Shown piece by piece: positions 29,372 through 39,102 of a DNA stretch of 64,000 nucleotides. Numbering within the stretch: position 1 is the stretch's first letter; the number at the start of each line of letters is the position of its first letter. The DNA comes from Candidatus Gottesmanbacteria bacterium (lineage in GTDB: Bacteria > Patescibacteriota > Microgenomatia > UBA10105 > UBA927). The position numbers and the translations under genes were made by a program. The stretch is from the NCBI GenBank assembly GCA_963714095.1, contig OY970230.1:6206-70205 (forward strand), given 5' to 3'. The notes beneath the pieces are model-generated. The model was not told the DNA's origin. It made no database searches and saw only the letters and a program-made list of their open reading frames with translations.

Positions 29372-31366
29372 TTATGAAAGACTGGCGATAAGATCCCTCA
29401 GTTGTGCGGCGAGCTCGAAGTTGAGGTCGCGCGAGGCTTCCCGCATCGCTTTTGTCAATTTCCCGATATACTTCTTTTTATCCATCGGCGTCATGGATTC
29501 AAGAGATTTTTCATCGGTTCCTAAGAGTTCTTTTGCCGTTGCTTCGCGTTTCTCGATTTCTTTTTCTACTAATCGTTCGCGGATAGGTTTGTGAATGCTT
29601 TCCGGCGTGATCTTGTGCGCTTTATTGTAGGCTTCCTGTGCTGTCCGTCGGCGTTTGACTTCGTCTAGGGCAGCAGCAATGGAATCCGTAATGGTATCGG
29701 CGTAAAGAATGACTTCGCCCGAAACGTGGCGGGCGGCCCGGCCCATGGTTTGGACGAGCGATGTGCGGCTCCGCAAAAATCCTTCCTTATCGGCATCAAG
29801 AATTGCAACCAGCGAAACTTCAGGCAGATCGAGTCCTTCACGAAGGAGGTTCACTCCCACGACGACGTCATATTTCCCGCCCCTCAGGTCGGCTAAAATA
29901 TCTGACCTCTCAAGAGTGAGTACGTCCGCATGAAGATAGTGGACGAGAATTCCCTTTTGCTCAAGAAACGCGGCAAGATCCTCTGCCATTTGTTTTGTGA
30001 GCGTGGTTACAAGTACGCGCTCCTTTTTGCTGACGCGGATTTTAATTTCCTTAAATAAATCGTCTATCTGTCCGGACACCGGCCTTACACTCACGATCGG
30101 GTCAAGTAAACCCGTTGGGCGCACAAGTTGTTCCACGACCCCATCGCGCCCGACCTGACCCAATTCCCAGTCGGCAGGGGTAGCCGAAACATAAATAGTC
30201 TCTGGCATCCCGCGCTGAAATTCGTCAAACCTGAGGGGTCGGTTATCAAGGGCAGCAGGAAGGCGGAACCCGTAATCGATAAGTGTTTGCTTGCGTGAGC
30301 GGTCGCCGTTGTACATGCCGCGGATTTGCGGGACGCTCATATGAGATTCATCGATAAAAAGTAACCAATCGTTACCCGCAGCTTCTTTAAAATAGTCCAT
30401 AAGCGAATACGGAGGCTGGCCGGGTTGCCTCCCGTCAAAATAGCGTGAGTAGTTTTCTATGCCGTTCACGTAGCCCATTTCGTTTATCATCTCCAGATCA
30501 TACGTCACTTTTTGTTCGATCCGTTGGGCTTCGATCAGTTTCCCCTCGGATTTAAATTTTTTAACCTGCGCGTGCATATCCGATTCGATTTCCTTAAATA
30601 CGCTTTTGTAGGTCGCCGGATTGGTCATGTAATGTTTGGCAGGATATATTACCGTGCCTGCTAATACCTGCAATTTTTTCCCGGTCAGCGGATCGATTTC
30701 CTCCAGTGAGGCAACACCCTGCTCATCCATAAGAATACGGATCGATGTATCCATATATGCCGGGAACAAATCAATCGAGTTGCCGCGGACACGGAATGTG
30801 CTTCGGTGAAAACCATAATCGTTGCGTTCATACTGGAGTTGCACCAGCCGTTCAAAAATAGACTCGCGGCTCACCTTCATACCGGGCTTCAGCTCCAGCA
30901 CAAAGTTACCGTATTCCTTGGGTGACCCGATGTTATAAATGCACGAAACGGACGCAACGATAATCGTATCCTTCCGGGTTAAAATATTCGTTGTCGCCGC
31001 AAGGCGTAATTTATCGATTTCCTCGTTTATTTCCGTTTCCTTTTCAATATAGGTGTCCGTGGTCGGGATATACGCCTCCGGCTGGTAATAATCGTAATAC
31101 GAAACAAAATATGAGACCGCGTTCTCCGGGAAAAAGTCACGGAATTCCTGATACAGCTGGGCTGCGAGTGTTTTGTTGTGGGAAATGATAAGGGTGGGTT
31201 TCTGAACGTTTTGTATTACATTGGCAAGCGTAAATGTTTTGCCGGACCCCGTTACCCCCAAAAGAACCTGCTCATGCCTATCAGCTTCAAGGTTTTTGAT
31301 AAGCATCTGAATGGCCTCGGGCTGGTCGCCGGTCGGTTTAAAATCAGAGGTAAGGTGAAACTTCAT
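29372..31366 (-). CDS. uvrB: Excinuclease ABC subunit B (UvrB)
   Basis: Helicase motif [11 protein letters not shown], a beta-hairpin region, and a C-terminal UVR domain ([10 protein letters not shown]). Confidence 0.95.
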   Translation of the reverse strand: MKFHLTSDFKPTGDQPEAIQMLIKNLEADRHEQVLLGVTGSGKTFTLANVIQNVQKPTLIISHNKTLAAQLYQEFRDFFPENAVSYFVSYYDYYQPEAYIPTTDTYIEKETEINEEIDKLRLAATTNILTRKDTIIVASVSCIYNIGSPKEYGNFVLELKPGMKVSRESIFERLVQLQYERNDYGFHRSTFRVRGNSIDLFPAYMDTSIRILMDEQGVASLEEIDPLTGKKLQVLAGTVIYPAKHYMTNPATYKSVFKEIESDMHAQVKKFKSEGKLIEAQRIEQKVTYDLEMINEMGYVNGIENYSRYFDGRQPGQPPYSLMDYFKEAAGNDWLLFIDESHMSVPQIRGMYNGDRSRKQTLIDYGFRLPAALDNRPLRFDEFQRGMPETIYVSATPADWELGQVGRDGVVEQLVRPTGLLDPIVSVRPVSGQIDDLFKEIKIRVSKKERVLVTTLTKQMAEDLAAFLEQKGILVHYLHADVLTLERSDILADLRGGKYDVVVGVNLLREGLDLPEVSLVAILDADKEGFLRSRTSLVQTMGRAARHVSGEVILYADTITDSIAAALDEVKRRRTAQEAYNKAHKITPESIHKPIRERLVEKEIEKREATAKELLGTDEKSLESMTPMDKKKYIGKLTKAMREASRDLNFELAAQLRDLIASLS

Positions 31367-31449
31367 ATTCGGTTAAACTTCTATTTTGATACACTTTTAT
31401 CCGTATTATACACCTTGACAGTTCGGGTAAATTTTGGGATAGTGTATAT
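31367..31449. promoter_or_regulatory. Divergent uvrB/lexA control region with an inverted repeat TATACAC-N28-GTGTATA and candidate SOS-box-like elements
   Basis: ttatacacc (about 31406-31414) and agtgtatat (about 31441-31449) are inverted copies. TTGACA at about 31414-31419. The same GTGTATAAT-like element also occurs upstream of uvrA (about 29334-29344). Confidence 0.4.
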
Positions 31450-32073
31450 ATGCCTGCAACATTATACATCCGTGAACGCCAGCTTCTTGAGTTTATCACA
31501 CAATTTATCCAGAGGTACGGATATGCGCCGACCCTTAAGGAAATAGGTGACGCGCTCGGTATGGGTTCCCCTGCCACCGTTCATGAACACGTGGACCGTC
31601 TCCGCCAAAAAGGGTTTATCCGCAAGTTAGACGGAACCGCACGTGGTCTTGAGGTAGTGGAATCCTACGCAAGGGCTGCAACCGGCAAGTCGGCAATTGA
31701 ACTGCCCGTGTTGGGATTTATTGCGGCCGGTTCCCCGCTTGAGCCCTATACTGATCCGAATTATTATATTTCCGTTGCGCCGAATATGGTGTCGGGTGCA
31801 AAGCCGAGCTATGTCCTGCAGGTGAAAGGCACATCGATGATCGATGACGGCATCATGGATGGTGATTTTGTTGTTGTGCAACACCAGCAGGATGCCAAAA
31901 ACGGTGATATCGTCGTAGCGCTTCTCCCCAATGGTTTTGCGACACTGAAGCGTATTTATTTTGAAAAAGAGCGCATTAAACTTATGCCGGCAAATGCCAC
32001 CATGTCTCCAATATTTACGACGCACGTGAAGATTCAGGGGAAAGTCGTGGGGCTTATACGGAAGTTCGTCTGA
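31450..32073 (+). CDS. lexA: LexA repressor (S24 peptidase)
   Basis: N-terminal wHTH (TLKEIGDALGMGSPATVHEHVDRL). Cleavage site region AAG. S24 Ser/Lys motifs VKGTSMIDDGIMDGD...LKRI. Confidence 0.9.
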   Translation: MPATLYIRERQLLEFITQFIQRYGYAPTLKEIGDALGMGSPATVHEHVDRLRQKGFIRKLDGTARGLEVVESYARAATGKSAIELPVLGFIAAGSPLEPYTDPNYYISVAPNMVSGAKPSYVLQVKGTSMIDDGIMDGDFVVVQHQQDAKNGDIVVALLPNGFATLKRIYFEKERIKLMPANATMSPIFTTHVKIQGKVVGLIRKFV

Positions 32074-32680
32074 AGTGTTTCAGTTTGTGCCACACATACC
32101 AAACGACAACCGCGACTACTGCGACTACGATAATAACATCAAATTTTCTGAAATATACCTCAAGAGATTTCCAGTTGTTTCCCAGAACTACCCCGATTTC
32201 GGTTAACACCGCGGTCCAGATAAAGCAGCCGACGACCGTATAAGTAATAAATTTCTTCAGCTTCATTTTTGCAACTCCCGCAGGAAGCGATATAAAAGTG
32301 CGAAGAACCGGCAGTATGCGTGAGGCAAACACCATCAGTTCCCCGTGATTTCTGAACCACCGCTCTGACCGGTCATATTCGTGTTCGGAGATCAAAAGAT
32401 ATTTTCCGTATTTTATTATAACTTTCCGTACGACCGCCTCCTGTCCCCATGCCCCCAACCAATACGATAACAGTGACCCCGTCAGATTTCCCAGTGTTCC
32501 CACAATGACGAGAAACCAGAAATTAAACTGGCCTGAGGCAATAAGCGAGCCGGAGAACGGCATTGTGACCTCGGACGGGATGGGAATACATGCGCTCTCC
32601 ATGGTCATGAGGATGAATACCCCGAAATATCCGAGGGCACCAATAAAGTGTATAATCCAGGAGCCAACAAGTTCAACCAT
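32054..32680 (-). CDS. DedA family membrane protein (VTT/SNARE-associated domain)
   Basis: GYFGVFILMTMESACIPIPSE, typical of DedA. Start set at MVELVG to avoid the divergent overlap. Confidence 0.8.
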   Translation of the reverse strand: MVELVGSWIIHFIGALGYFGVFILMTMESACIPIPSEVTMPFSGSLIASGQFNFWFLVIVGTLGNLTGSLLSYWLGAWGQEAVVRKVIIKYGKYLLISEHEYDRSERWFRNHGELMVFASRILPVLRTFISLPAGVAKMKLKKFITYTVVGCFIWTAVLTEIGVVLGNNWKSLEVYFRKFDVIIVVAVVAVVVWYVWHKLKHFRRTSV

Positions 32681-32691
32681 TGGTCTATTAT

Positions 32692-33357
32692 ATGGGAAAC
32701 CTCTATATCGTATCAACACCCATCGGAAATCTGGATGATATCACCATCCGCGCGGTGAAGATTTTAACATCCGTTGATCTCGTTTTATGCGAGGATACCA
32801 GACACACAGGGTTGTTATTTCAGAAATTGAACATCCAGAAAAAATTAATGCCGTATTACGATGAAATCGAGGATAAAAAAATACCGGAGATTATTGACCT
32901 CCTGGAACAGGGGAAAAATATTGCATTGGTTTCAGATGCAGGGACACCGCTTGTCTCCGATCCTGGTTTTCGTTTGGTACGGGAGTCGATTAGGCGCGCG
33001 ATTAAAGTAGAAAGTATCCCCGGCCCGTCAGCAGTCGTAGCAGCGCTTGCCAGTTCCGGTTTGCCGCCTGATAAATTCATCTTTTTAGGGTATCCGCCGG
33101 AAAAGCAATCGTCGCGTCTCGAATTATTTAGAAAATTATCGCCGAATATTACAACCATTTTCTACTGTGCCCCGCATAAACTTGTGCTGACGCTTGACGA
33201 TCTTAAATCCGAGCTAGGTGATATAGATATTGTCATTGCACGCGAGTTAACGAAGATTCATGAGGAGATATGGCGAGGAAGTATTACGAACGCACAAAAT
33301 TATTTTAAAGACCCAAAAGGTGAATTTGTGGTGCTATTTAATATTCTTCAAGCGTAG
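32692..33357 (+). CDS. rsmI: 16S rRNA (cytidine1402-2'-O)-methyltransferase RsmI (tetrapyrrole-methylase fold)
   Basis: N-terminal LYIVSTPIGNLDDITIRAVKIL...LCEDTRHTG signature. Confidence 0.85.
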   Translation: MGNLYIVSTPIGNLDDITIRAVKILTSVDLVLCEDTRHTGLLFQKLNIQKKLMPYYDEIEDKKIPEIIDLLEQGKNIALVSDAGTPLVSDPGFRLVRESIRRAIKVESIPGPSAVVAALASSGLPPDKFIFLGYPPEKQSSRLELFRKLSPNITTIFYCAPHKLVLTLDDLKSELGDIDIVIARELTKIHEEIWRGSITNAQNYFKDPKGEFVVLFNILQA

Positions 33358-35047
33358 AGGTATCCCCAACCGGCAGGCCCATTTCTTTAGCTTTTAGGAT
33401 CCTACGCATGATTTTACCGGACCGGGTTTTGGGGAGTTTATCAATAAATTCGATCTCGCGCGGGTATGCGTGTCCGGCCAAGTGTTTTTTTACGAATTCT
33501 GATAATTCTTTTTTCAACGCTTCAGTGGGTTTTGCGTTTGGTTGAAGGACGACGAATGCCTTAATTATTTCTCCTCGCAGCGGGTCAGGTTTGCCGATGA
33601 CACCTGCTTCTACGACCGCAGGATGCGCGACAAGCGCTGATTCCACTTCAAACGGTCCGACCCGTTCTCCGGACGTTTTAATAACGTCATCGGCTCTCCC
33701 TATAAACCAAAAATACCCTGTTGCGTCTTTCCATCCCCGGTCACCCGATATATACCAGCCGTTGACGAAATAACTTTTGTATTTTTGAGGGCGACGCCAG
33801 ATGGTTTTCATCATGGACGGCCATTTTGGTTTTATCGCTATATTACCTTCCGTATTTATATTTACTTCATGACCGTCATCATCAACAATTGCAGCCGTGA
33901 GGCCGGGGATTGGTTTCCCCATAGACCCTATTTTAATATCCATGCAGGGATAGTTGGCAATACAGATGGCGCCGGTTTCCGTTTGCCACCAGGTATCGTG
34001 GAACGGCATCCCGAACGCTTTTATTCCCCATGTAATGGCTTCAGGGTTCAGTGGTTCGCCGACAGATCCCATATGACGGAGGTTCGTGAGATCAAATTGT
34101 TTAACCAGCGTGCTGCCGGCGGCCATCAGCATGCGGATTGCGGTTGGTGCCGTATACCAGACGGTGATTTTATATTTAGCCAGTAACCCGTACCAGCGTT
34201 TCGGATCAAATCGGCCGGCATACACCAGTGCCGCAACACCATTGCTCCAGCTTCCGAGTATTTCATACGCGATACCGGTTACCCACCCGGGGTCGGCCGT
34301 GCACCAGTAGGTATCATCATCCCGGAGGTCCAGTACCCATTTTCCCGTAATGTGTTCCTGAATGATTGCCCGGTGTGCATGCATAACGCCTTTGGGTTTG
34401 CCGGTCGTCCCGGACGTATAGAGCATAAATGCGTAGTCGTCCGGGTCCAGCTGTACGCCACGAAGCTCGTCACTGGCGTGTTCGACGCTTTTAGCAAACG
34501 ACGGTTCATCAACAATAAGAATGTGTTTTAGTGCCGGCAACTTGCTGCGGATTTTATCAACGCGGGGTTTCAGCTCGCGGGTCGTTATAAGAATTTTTGC
34601 TTCGCTGTTGCCGAGCCTGTCCGCAAGCGCCTGTTCCTGGAACGCGCTGAACATCGTGCCTGCGATTGCCCCGATTTTAAGAATTCCCAAAAAACAAAAA
34701 TAGAGTTCCGGAATCCGCGGTAAAAATAAAAATACACGGTCCCCCCGCGCTACATCAAAATCCTTCAGGATATTCCCGATCTTATTGGATAAAAGTGAAA
34801 GTTCTTCAAAGGTATATTTTTTTTCATTTCCTGCCTCATCCTCCCAGTAGAGCGCCACCTTATTTTTTCTCCACGTGTGCGTATGGCGGTCTACGGCGTT
34901 ATAGGCGGCATTCAGTTTTCCGTCAAACCAGTCGATATCTCCGCGTGCTTTTGTCCATGTAAACTCGCGCGCCGCACGCTCGTAATCCTCCAGATTCGGG
35001 GGGAATTTCCAGTCCTTGGCAGTTTTTTTGTATACATCTACCTTCAT
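33338..35047 (-). CDS. Acetyl-CoA synthetase / acetate--CoA ligase (AMP-forming)
   Basis: AMP-binding motif MLYTSGTTGKPKGV plus the GEP..... and C-terminal SGKIMRR motifs. Confidence 0.85.
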   Translation of the reverse strand: MKVDVYKKTAKDWKFPPNLEDYERAAREFTWTKARGDIDWFDGKLNAAYNAVDRHTHTWRKNKVALYWEDEAGNEKKYTFEELSLLSNKIGNILKDFDVARGDRVFLFLPRIPELYFCFLGILKIGAIAGTMFSAFQEQALADRLGNSEAKILITTRELKPRVDKIRSKLPALKHILIVDEPSFAKSVEHASDELRGVQLDPDDYAFMLYTSGTTGKPKGVMHAHRAIIQEHITGKWVLDLRDDDTYWCTADPGWVTGIAYEILGSWSNGVAALVYAGRFDPKRWYGLLAKYKITVWYTAPTAIRMLMAAGSTLVKQFDLTNLRHMGSVGEPLNPEAITWGIKAFGMPFHDTWWQTETGAICIANYPCMDIKIGSMGKPIPGLTAAIVDDDGHEVNINTEGNIAIKPKWPSMMKTIWRRPQKYKSYFVNGWYISGDRGWKDATGYFWFIGRADDVIKTSGERVGPFEVESALVAHPAVVEAGVIGKPDPLRGEIIKAFVVLQPNAKPTEALKKELSEFVKKHLAGHAYPREIEFIDKLPKTRSGKIMRRILKAKEMGLPVGDTSTLEEY

Positions 35048-36162
35048 GCGGCTTGTTTATCCTCGCGCTTCACGAACTGCGCATCCAGGCGTTTCAGGTT
35101 TTCCATGACGCCCGTATATTCCATCTCATCGGACGGACCCATGGCCGGATTAAAAAATCCCTGTGCGCGGATATCAAGCGTCTTGAGGGACGCTTTTTCC
35201 CGGATGACATCCCAGAATGGCTGGTCAAAGTAATCAACTGCCTCCGTCAATTTTCCTTCATGCACGCAGTACCCGGCAGCCGACATAATGGTCGGTCCGT
35301 CAAAGAATGAAATAATACTGTTTTGTTTAACCGGCATAACGGCCACGTGATGTGATCCGCGGTTGTCCCCCAGCTGGATGTGGGCAAGCGCCCACGGCGA
35401 GAGAATTTCTCCTGTTGACGGAAATTGTTTCTGTGTCCGCACAATAGCAACCGGATCATCTTTCCCCACGTATTTGCCTGCAATATTATGTAAACGACTG
35501 GTTGATGCAACGGCGGCAATAAGACCCGTTGCGTTTTCCGTTACGCTTTCCACAATATACCGGTTCGGATCGCGGAGTAATGTCGCGATATCGTAGTAAT
35601 CGCATGGCACTTTCAATGTGATAACCTTATCATGCTCCGTGTGGTTAACGTCCATGATTGTATAGGTAAATCCAGCACGCATTTCCGGCGCCAGCAGTAG
35701 TCCTGCGTTATGATACGGATCTGCAAAACAGCTGAAGAGCGGATAGTTAAAAACACCCGGTCCGCATTTGTCGCCGGCAAACACCACGAAAGGTTCAGCC
35801 TGCCGTTCTTCAATTTCCATCTCAGCCGATCCCGGCCCCATACCGCGGACGTTTCCCGAAAATGCGTCTTTTAACAAATCCTGGCCAGCGCCGTATAAAC
35901 CCTGGCTTTTGGCAATTTTTGTTGTTTCGACAAACGTATCCCATGCGAATTTATGGACATCCGAATTATCCGTGCCGCGCGCATGGATCATAAGGAGAGC
36001 AATGTCGTCACCTGTAAAGGTTACACGGGCATCGGAAAGAAGTCCGCTTGTTATTGCACCCGCGACACGTTCTTTGGCTTTTTCAACCATTGCGTTGCTC
36101 GGTCGGTTGTGACCGCCGACTGATCCGGTGTCTGCCTTGATGATAGAAATTGTGGTTTTCAT
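35044..36162 (-). CDS. Bifunctional fructose-1,6-bisphosphate aldolase/phosphatase (archaeal-type class V FBPase)
   Basis: N-terminal TTISIIKADTGSVGGH signature and overall length/composition typical of FBP aldolase/phosphatase. Confidence 0.8.
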   Translation of the reverse strand: MKTTISIIKADTGSVGGHNRPSNAMVEKAKERVAGAITSGLLSDARVTFTGDDIALLMIHARGTDNSDVHKFAWDTFVETTKIAKSQGLYGAGQDLLKDAFSGNVRGMGPGSAEMEIEERQAEPFVVFAGDKCGPGVFNYPLFSCFADPYHNAGLLLAPEMRAGFTYTIMDVNHTEHDKVITLKVPCDYYDIATLLRDPNRYIVESVTENATGLIAAVASTSRLHNIAGKYVGKDDPVAIVRTQKQFPSTGEILSPWALAHIQLGDNRGSHHVAVMPVKQNSIISFFDGPTIMSAAGYCVHEGKLTEAVDYFDQPFWDVIREKASLKTLDIRAQGFFNPAMGPSDEMEYTGVMENLKRLDAQFVKREDKQAA

Positions 36163-36172
36163 AGAGTCTCCT

Positions 36173-37810
36173 TTATATCGGTAAATCTGCCAGCAGATTT
36201 TTTCCCGTCATCACCGCTGGTATGGGAAGATTACGAAACGCAAGAATTGTCGGGGCAATATCCCCGAGTTTTCCTTTCGGAAGAGCATGAGGTATTCTGG
36301 ATAAATTTTGATCAATCATGATAAACGGAACCGGATATGTTGAATGCTCTGTGTCCATCTCACCGTTGGGGCCAAGCATCTCTTCTACGTTACCATGGTC
36401 TCCGGTAATGACGCAAGTGCCGCCGAACGACAGAATTGACGAAACGATCATCCCCACACAGGAATCAGTTGTCTCACACGCCCGAATAGCCGCAGGAATA
36501 TTGCCGGTGTGCCCGACCATATCAGGATTGGCAAAGTTTACGAGAATAAATGAATAAATACCCAGGGAAATCCTGTCGACAAGGCGGCTCGTCAGCTCAG
36601 GTGCGGACATTTCCGGTTTTAAATCATAGGTTGAAACTTTCGGCGATGGGACGATGAGCCGATCTTCCCCGGGAAATGCAGCCTCTTTGAGCCCGTTAAA
36701 ATAATAGGTGACAAACCGTTCTTTTTCCGTTTCTGCCGCGTGAAGTTGACGGAGGCGTAGTGACGAAAAAACCGAAGCAAGCGGTTCCAAAATCGGTTCA
36801 GGCGGATATGCAACGATGCAGGGAAGATCCCGTTCATATTCCGTCATCGTGACAACATAGATATTGGGAACTAGAACTGTACGTTTAAAGGGCTGACTGC
36901 GGCTATCGGTTTCGACAATATGTTTATGAAAATATTTCACGGCGTACGGGTCGAATGAAACAGTAGCGCCCTTTTCTTCGAAATCCGGCAGCACGAGTGC
37001 GCGTGTCAGTTGCCTCGGGCGGTCGATACGGTAATTATAAAATATTACAGCGTCGTGGTTGCCTATCCGGGGGAGTATAGCCCCGGATTCATCGGTGATT
37101 ATCGTCGGCTCAACGAATTCGTCCGTTTTGCCTTCTTTGTATGATGCTTCTATGGCAGCAAGCGCTGATGGCGCCCTGCGTTCAATGGGCTGGGTAAGAG
37201 CACAATATGCCTTTTCCGTGCGTTCCCACCGGTTGTCGCGGTCCATACTGTAGTACCTTCCCATAATCGTTGCAATTTTTCCGATTCCTAGCGTGTTGCA
37301 TTTTGCTTCGACTTCTGCAAGAAACCGTTTACCTGCAGTCGGGGAGGAATCACGGCCGTCGGTAAACAGATGTAAATAGACAGGAGACTGTGCCCCTTGT
37401 TGCTTCATAAGGATCAGGAGTGCATAGAGATGTTCACGGCTAGCGTGAACGCCTGAATCGCTCAAAAGCCCCATGAGGTGAATATTCGAATGGTGTTGTG
37501 CGGCGTAGCGGATAGCTCCTAGAAAGGCCTCATTTTTAAAAAATGAGCCGTCGCTTATGGCCATGTTGATTCTCGGTAGATCCTGATAGACGACACGGCC
37601 GGCTCCGATATTCATGTGCCCCGTCTCTGTATTGCCGTCTTCCCCGTCAGGTAACCCGACGGGAGTACCGGACGCGGCAAGTTCTGTGTGCGGATAATTA
37701 TTCCAGTAACTCGGAATTTTTTTCAGTTTTGAAAGTGAAATGGCGTTGCCGGGCCCAGGCGGAGCAATACCCCACCCGTCAAGTACGATAAGCGCTATAG
37801 GTTTTATCAT
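36173..37810 (-). CDS. gpmI: 2,3-bisphosphoglycerate-independent phosphoglycerate mutase (iPGM)
   Basis: N-terminal IALIVLDGWG, metal-binding His/Asp motifs (GDHGN). Confidence 0.9.
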   Translation of the reverse strand: MIKPIALIVLDGWGIAPPGPGNAISLSKLKKIPSYWNNYPHTELAASGTPVGLPDGEDGNTETGHMNIGAGRVVYQDLPRINMAISDGSFFKNEAFLGAIRYAAQHHSNIHLMGLLSDSGVHASREHLYALLILMKQQGAQSPVYLHLFTDGRDSSPTAGKRFLAEVEAKCNTLGIGKIATIMGRYYSMDRDNRWERTEKAYCALTQPIERRAPSALAAIEASYKEGKTDEFVEPTIITDESGAILPRIGNHDAVIFYNYRIDRPRQLTRALVLPDFEEKGATVSFDPYAVKYFHKHIVETDSRSQPFKRTVLVPNIYVVTMTEYERDLPCIVAYPPEPILEPLASVFSSLRLRQLHAAETEKERFVTYYFNGLKEAAFPGEDRLIVPSPKVSTYDLKPEMSAPELTSRLVDRISLGIYSFILVNFANPDMVGHTGNIPAAIRACETTDSCVGMIVSSILSFGGTCVITGDHGNVEEMLGPNGEMDTEHSTYPVPFIMIDQNLSRIPHALPKGKLGDIAPTILAFRNLPIPAVMTGKNLLADLPI

Positions 37811-37821
37811 GGCTGATTACT

Positions 37822-39096
37822 TTATGGTTTTACCCCAAATAATTCCGATTCAATTTGAAGTAACCGGTTATATTTCGCAACCCGTTCCCCCCGTGCGGGA
37901 GCGCCGAATTTTACGTAATCTGACTGCACTGCAACCGCAAGGTCTGCGATAAACGTATCATTCGTTTCACCGCTTCTATGGGAGACGATGGTTTTAATAT
38001 CGTTTTGTTTTGCAAGTGTGATGACAGCCAGAAATTCGGAGATTGTGCCGATTTGGTTGGGTTTGGCAAGAATTGCCGAGCATGCTTTCTCTGAAATTGC
38101 ACGTAGTAACCTTGTAGGGTTTGTGGCAAGTAAGTCATCTCCGACAATAAGAATATCCTCACCTAATTTTCGGGTAATACGTACCCAACCGTCCCAATCG
38201 TCTTCATCCAGCGGATCTTCCAGAAGAAGGAGTCTATATCTTTCATGAAGATTTTGTAGGTATTCAATAAACTCAGCCGATTGAAACGGAATAGACCGGT
38301 CCTTAATTTGATATCCGCGCGAAGATTTAAAATGAGTCGCAGCAACATCGAGTCCGAAGAAAACATCAACGCCGAATCTGTATGGTGTTGTCTTTACCGC
38401 TTCCATGAGTATTTCCATTGCGTCTATATTGGTAAATAAATTTGGGGCGAACCCGCCTTCGTAACCGACGGAGTGCACGGCATTTCTGTAGATAAGAATT
38501 TTTTTAACCGCTTCATAGATCTCCGCACCCATTTCAAGCGCCAGATGAAAGACTTTGTTAGATGCCGGTATAACGTGAAATTCCTGAAAATCCAAATTAC
38601 CGGCTCCGTGTTTTCCGCCGTTTATGATATTAAACAGTGGCGTTGGTATTCGAGACATGGGTTCAGGTTTTCCCCCGCCGAACAGAGCGTTAAGGTAGGA
38701 ATACAGCGGCTTGTGAAGATGTGCCGATGCTGCGACTGCGGCGGCCATGGAAACACTGAGAATTGCATTTGCCCCAAGTCTGCTTTTATCGGGAGTACCG
38801 TCAAGCTCAACCATTGTTTTATCTATGAGACCCTGATTGGTTGCATCCATCCCCCGGAGTTTTGTTTGGATAATAGTATTGACGTTACGTACTGCATTCA
38901 ACACGCCCATCCCGTTATACCGTTTCTCGTCGGCGTCCCGTATTTCAATTGCTTCATATTTACCGATTGATGTACCCGAGGGAACAGACGCAATGCCACT
39001 GTATCCGCTGTTTAATAAAACCCTCGTTTCGACCGTTGGGTCACCGCGGGAATCAATAATTTCACGGGATGTTATTGAGTAAATTCGTGAATCCAT
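37822..39096 (-). CDS. eno: Enolase (phosphopyruvate hydratase)
   Basis: ITSREIIDSRGDPTVE N-terminus and the SHRSGETND signature. Confidence 0.95.
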   Translation of the reverse strand: MDSRIYSITSREIIDSRGDPTVETRVLLNSGYSGIASVPSGTSIGKYEAIEIRDADEKRYNGMGVLNAVRNVNTIIQTKLRGMDATNQGLIDKTMVELDGTPDKSRLGANAILSVSMAAAVAASAHLHKPLYSYLNALFGGGKPEPMSRIPTPLFNIINGGKHGAGNLDFQEFHVIPASNKVFHLALEMGAEIYEAVKKILIYRNAVHSVGYEGGFAPNLFTNIDAMEILMEAVKTTPYRFGVDVFFGLDVAATHFKSSRGYQIKDRSIPFQSAEFIEYLQNLHERYRLLLLEDPLDEDDWDGWVRITRKLGEDILIVGDDLLATNPTRLLRAISEKACSAILAKPNQIGTISEFLAVITLAKQNDIKTIVSHRSGETNDTFIADLAVAVQSDYVKFGAPARGERVAKYNRLLQIESELFGVKP

Positions 39097-39102
39097 AGGC
39101 AG

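Noticed and set aside
31367-31449. Canonical LexA boxes (E. coli CTGT-N8-ACAG; Gram-positive CGAACRNRYGTTCG)
   Set aside because: - Only fragments occur (GTTCG at about 31423, GTGAACG inside lexA).
- No complete canonical box is present.
- I report instead the lineage-specific TATACAC/GTGTATA repeat as a candidate.
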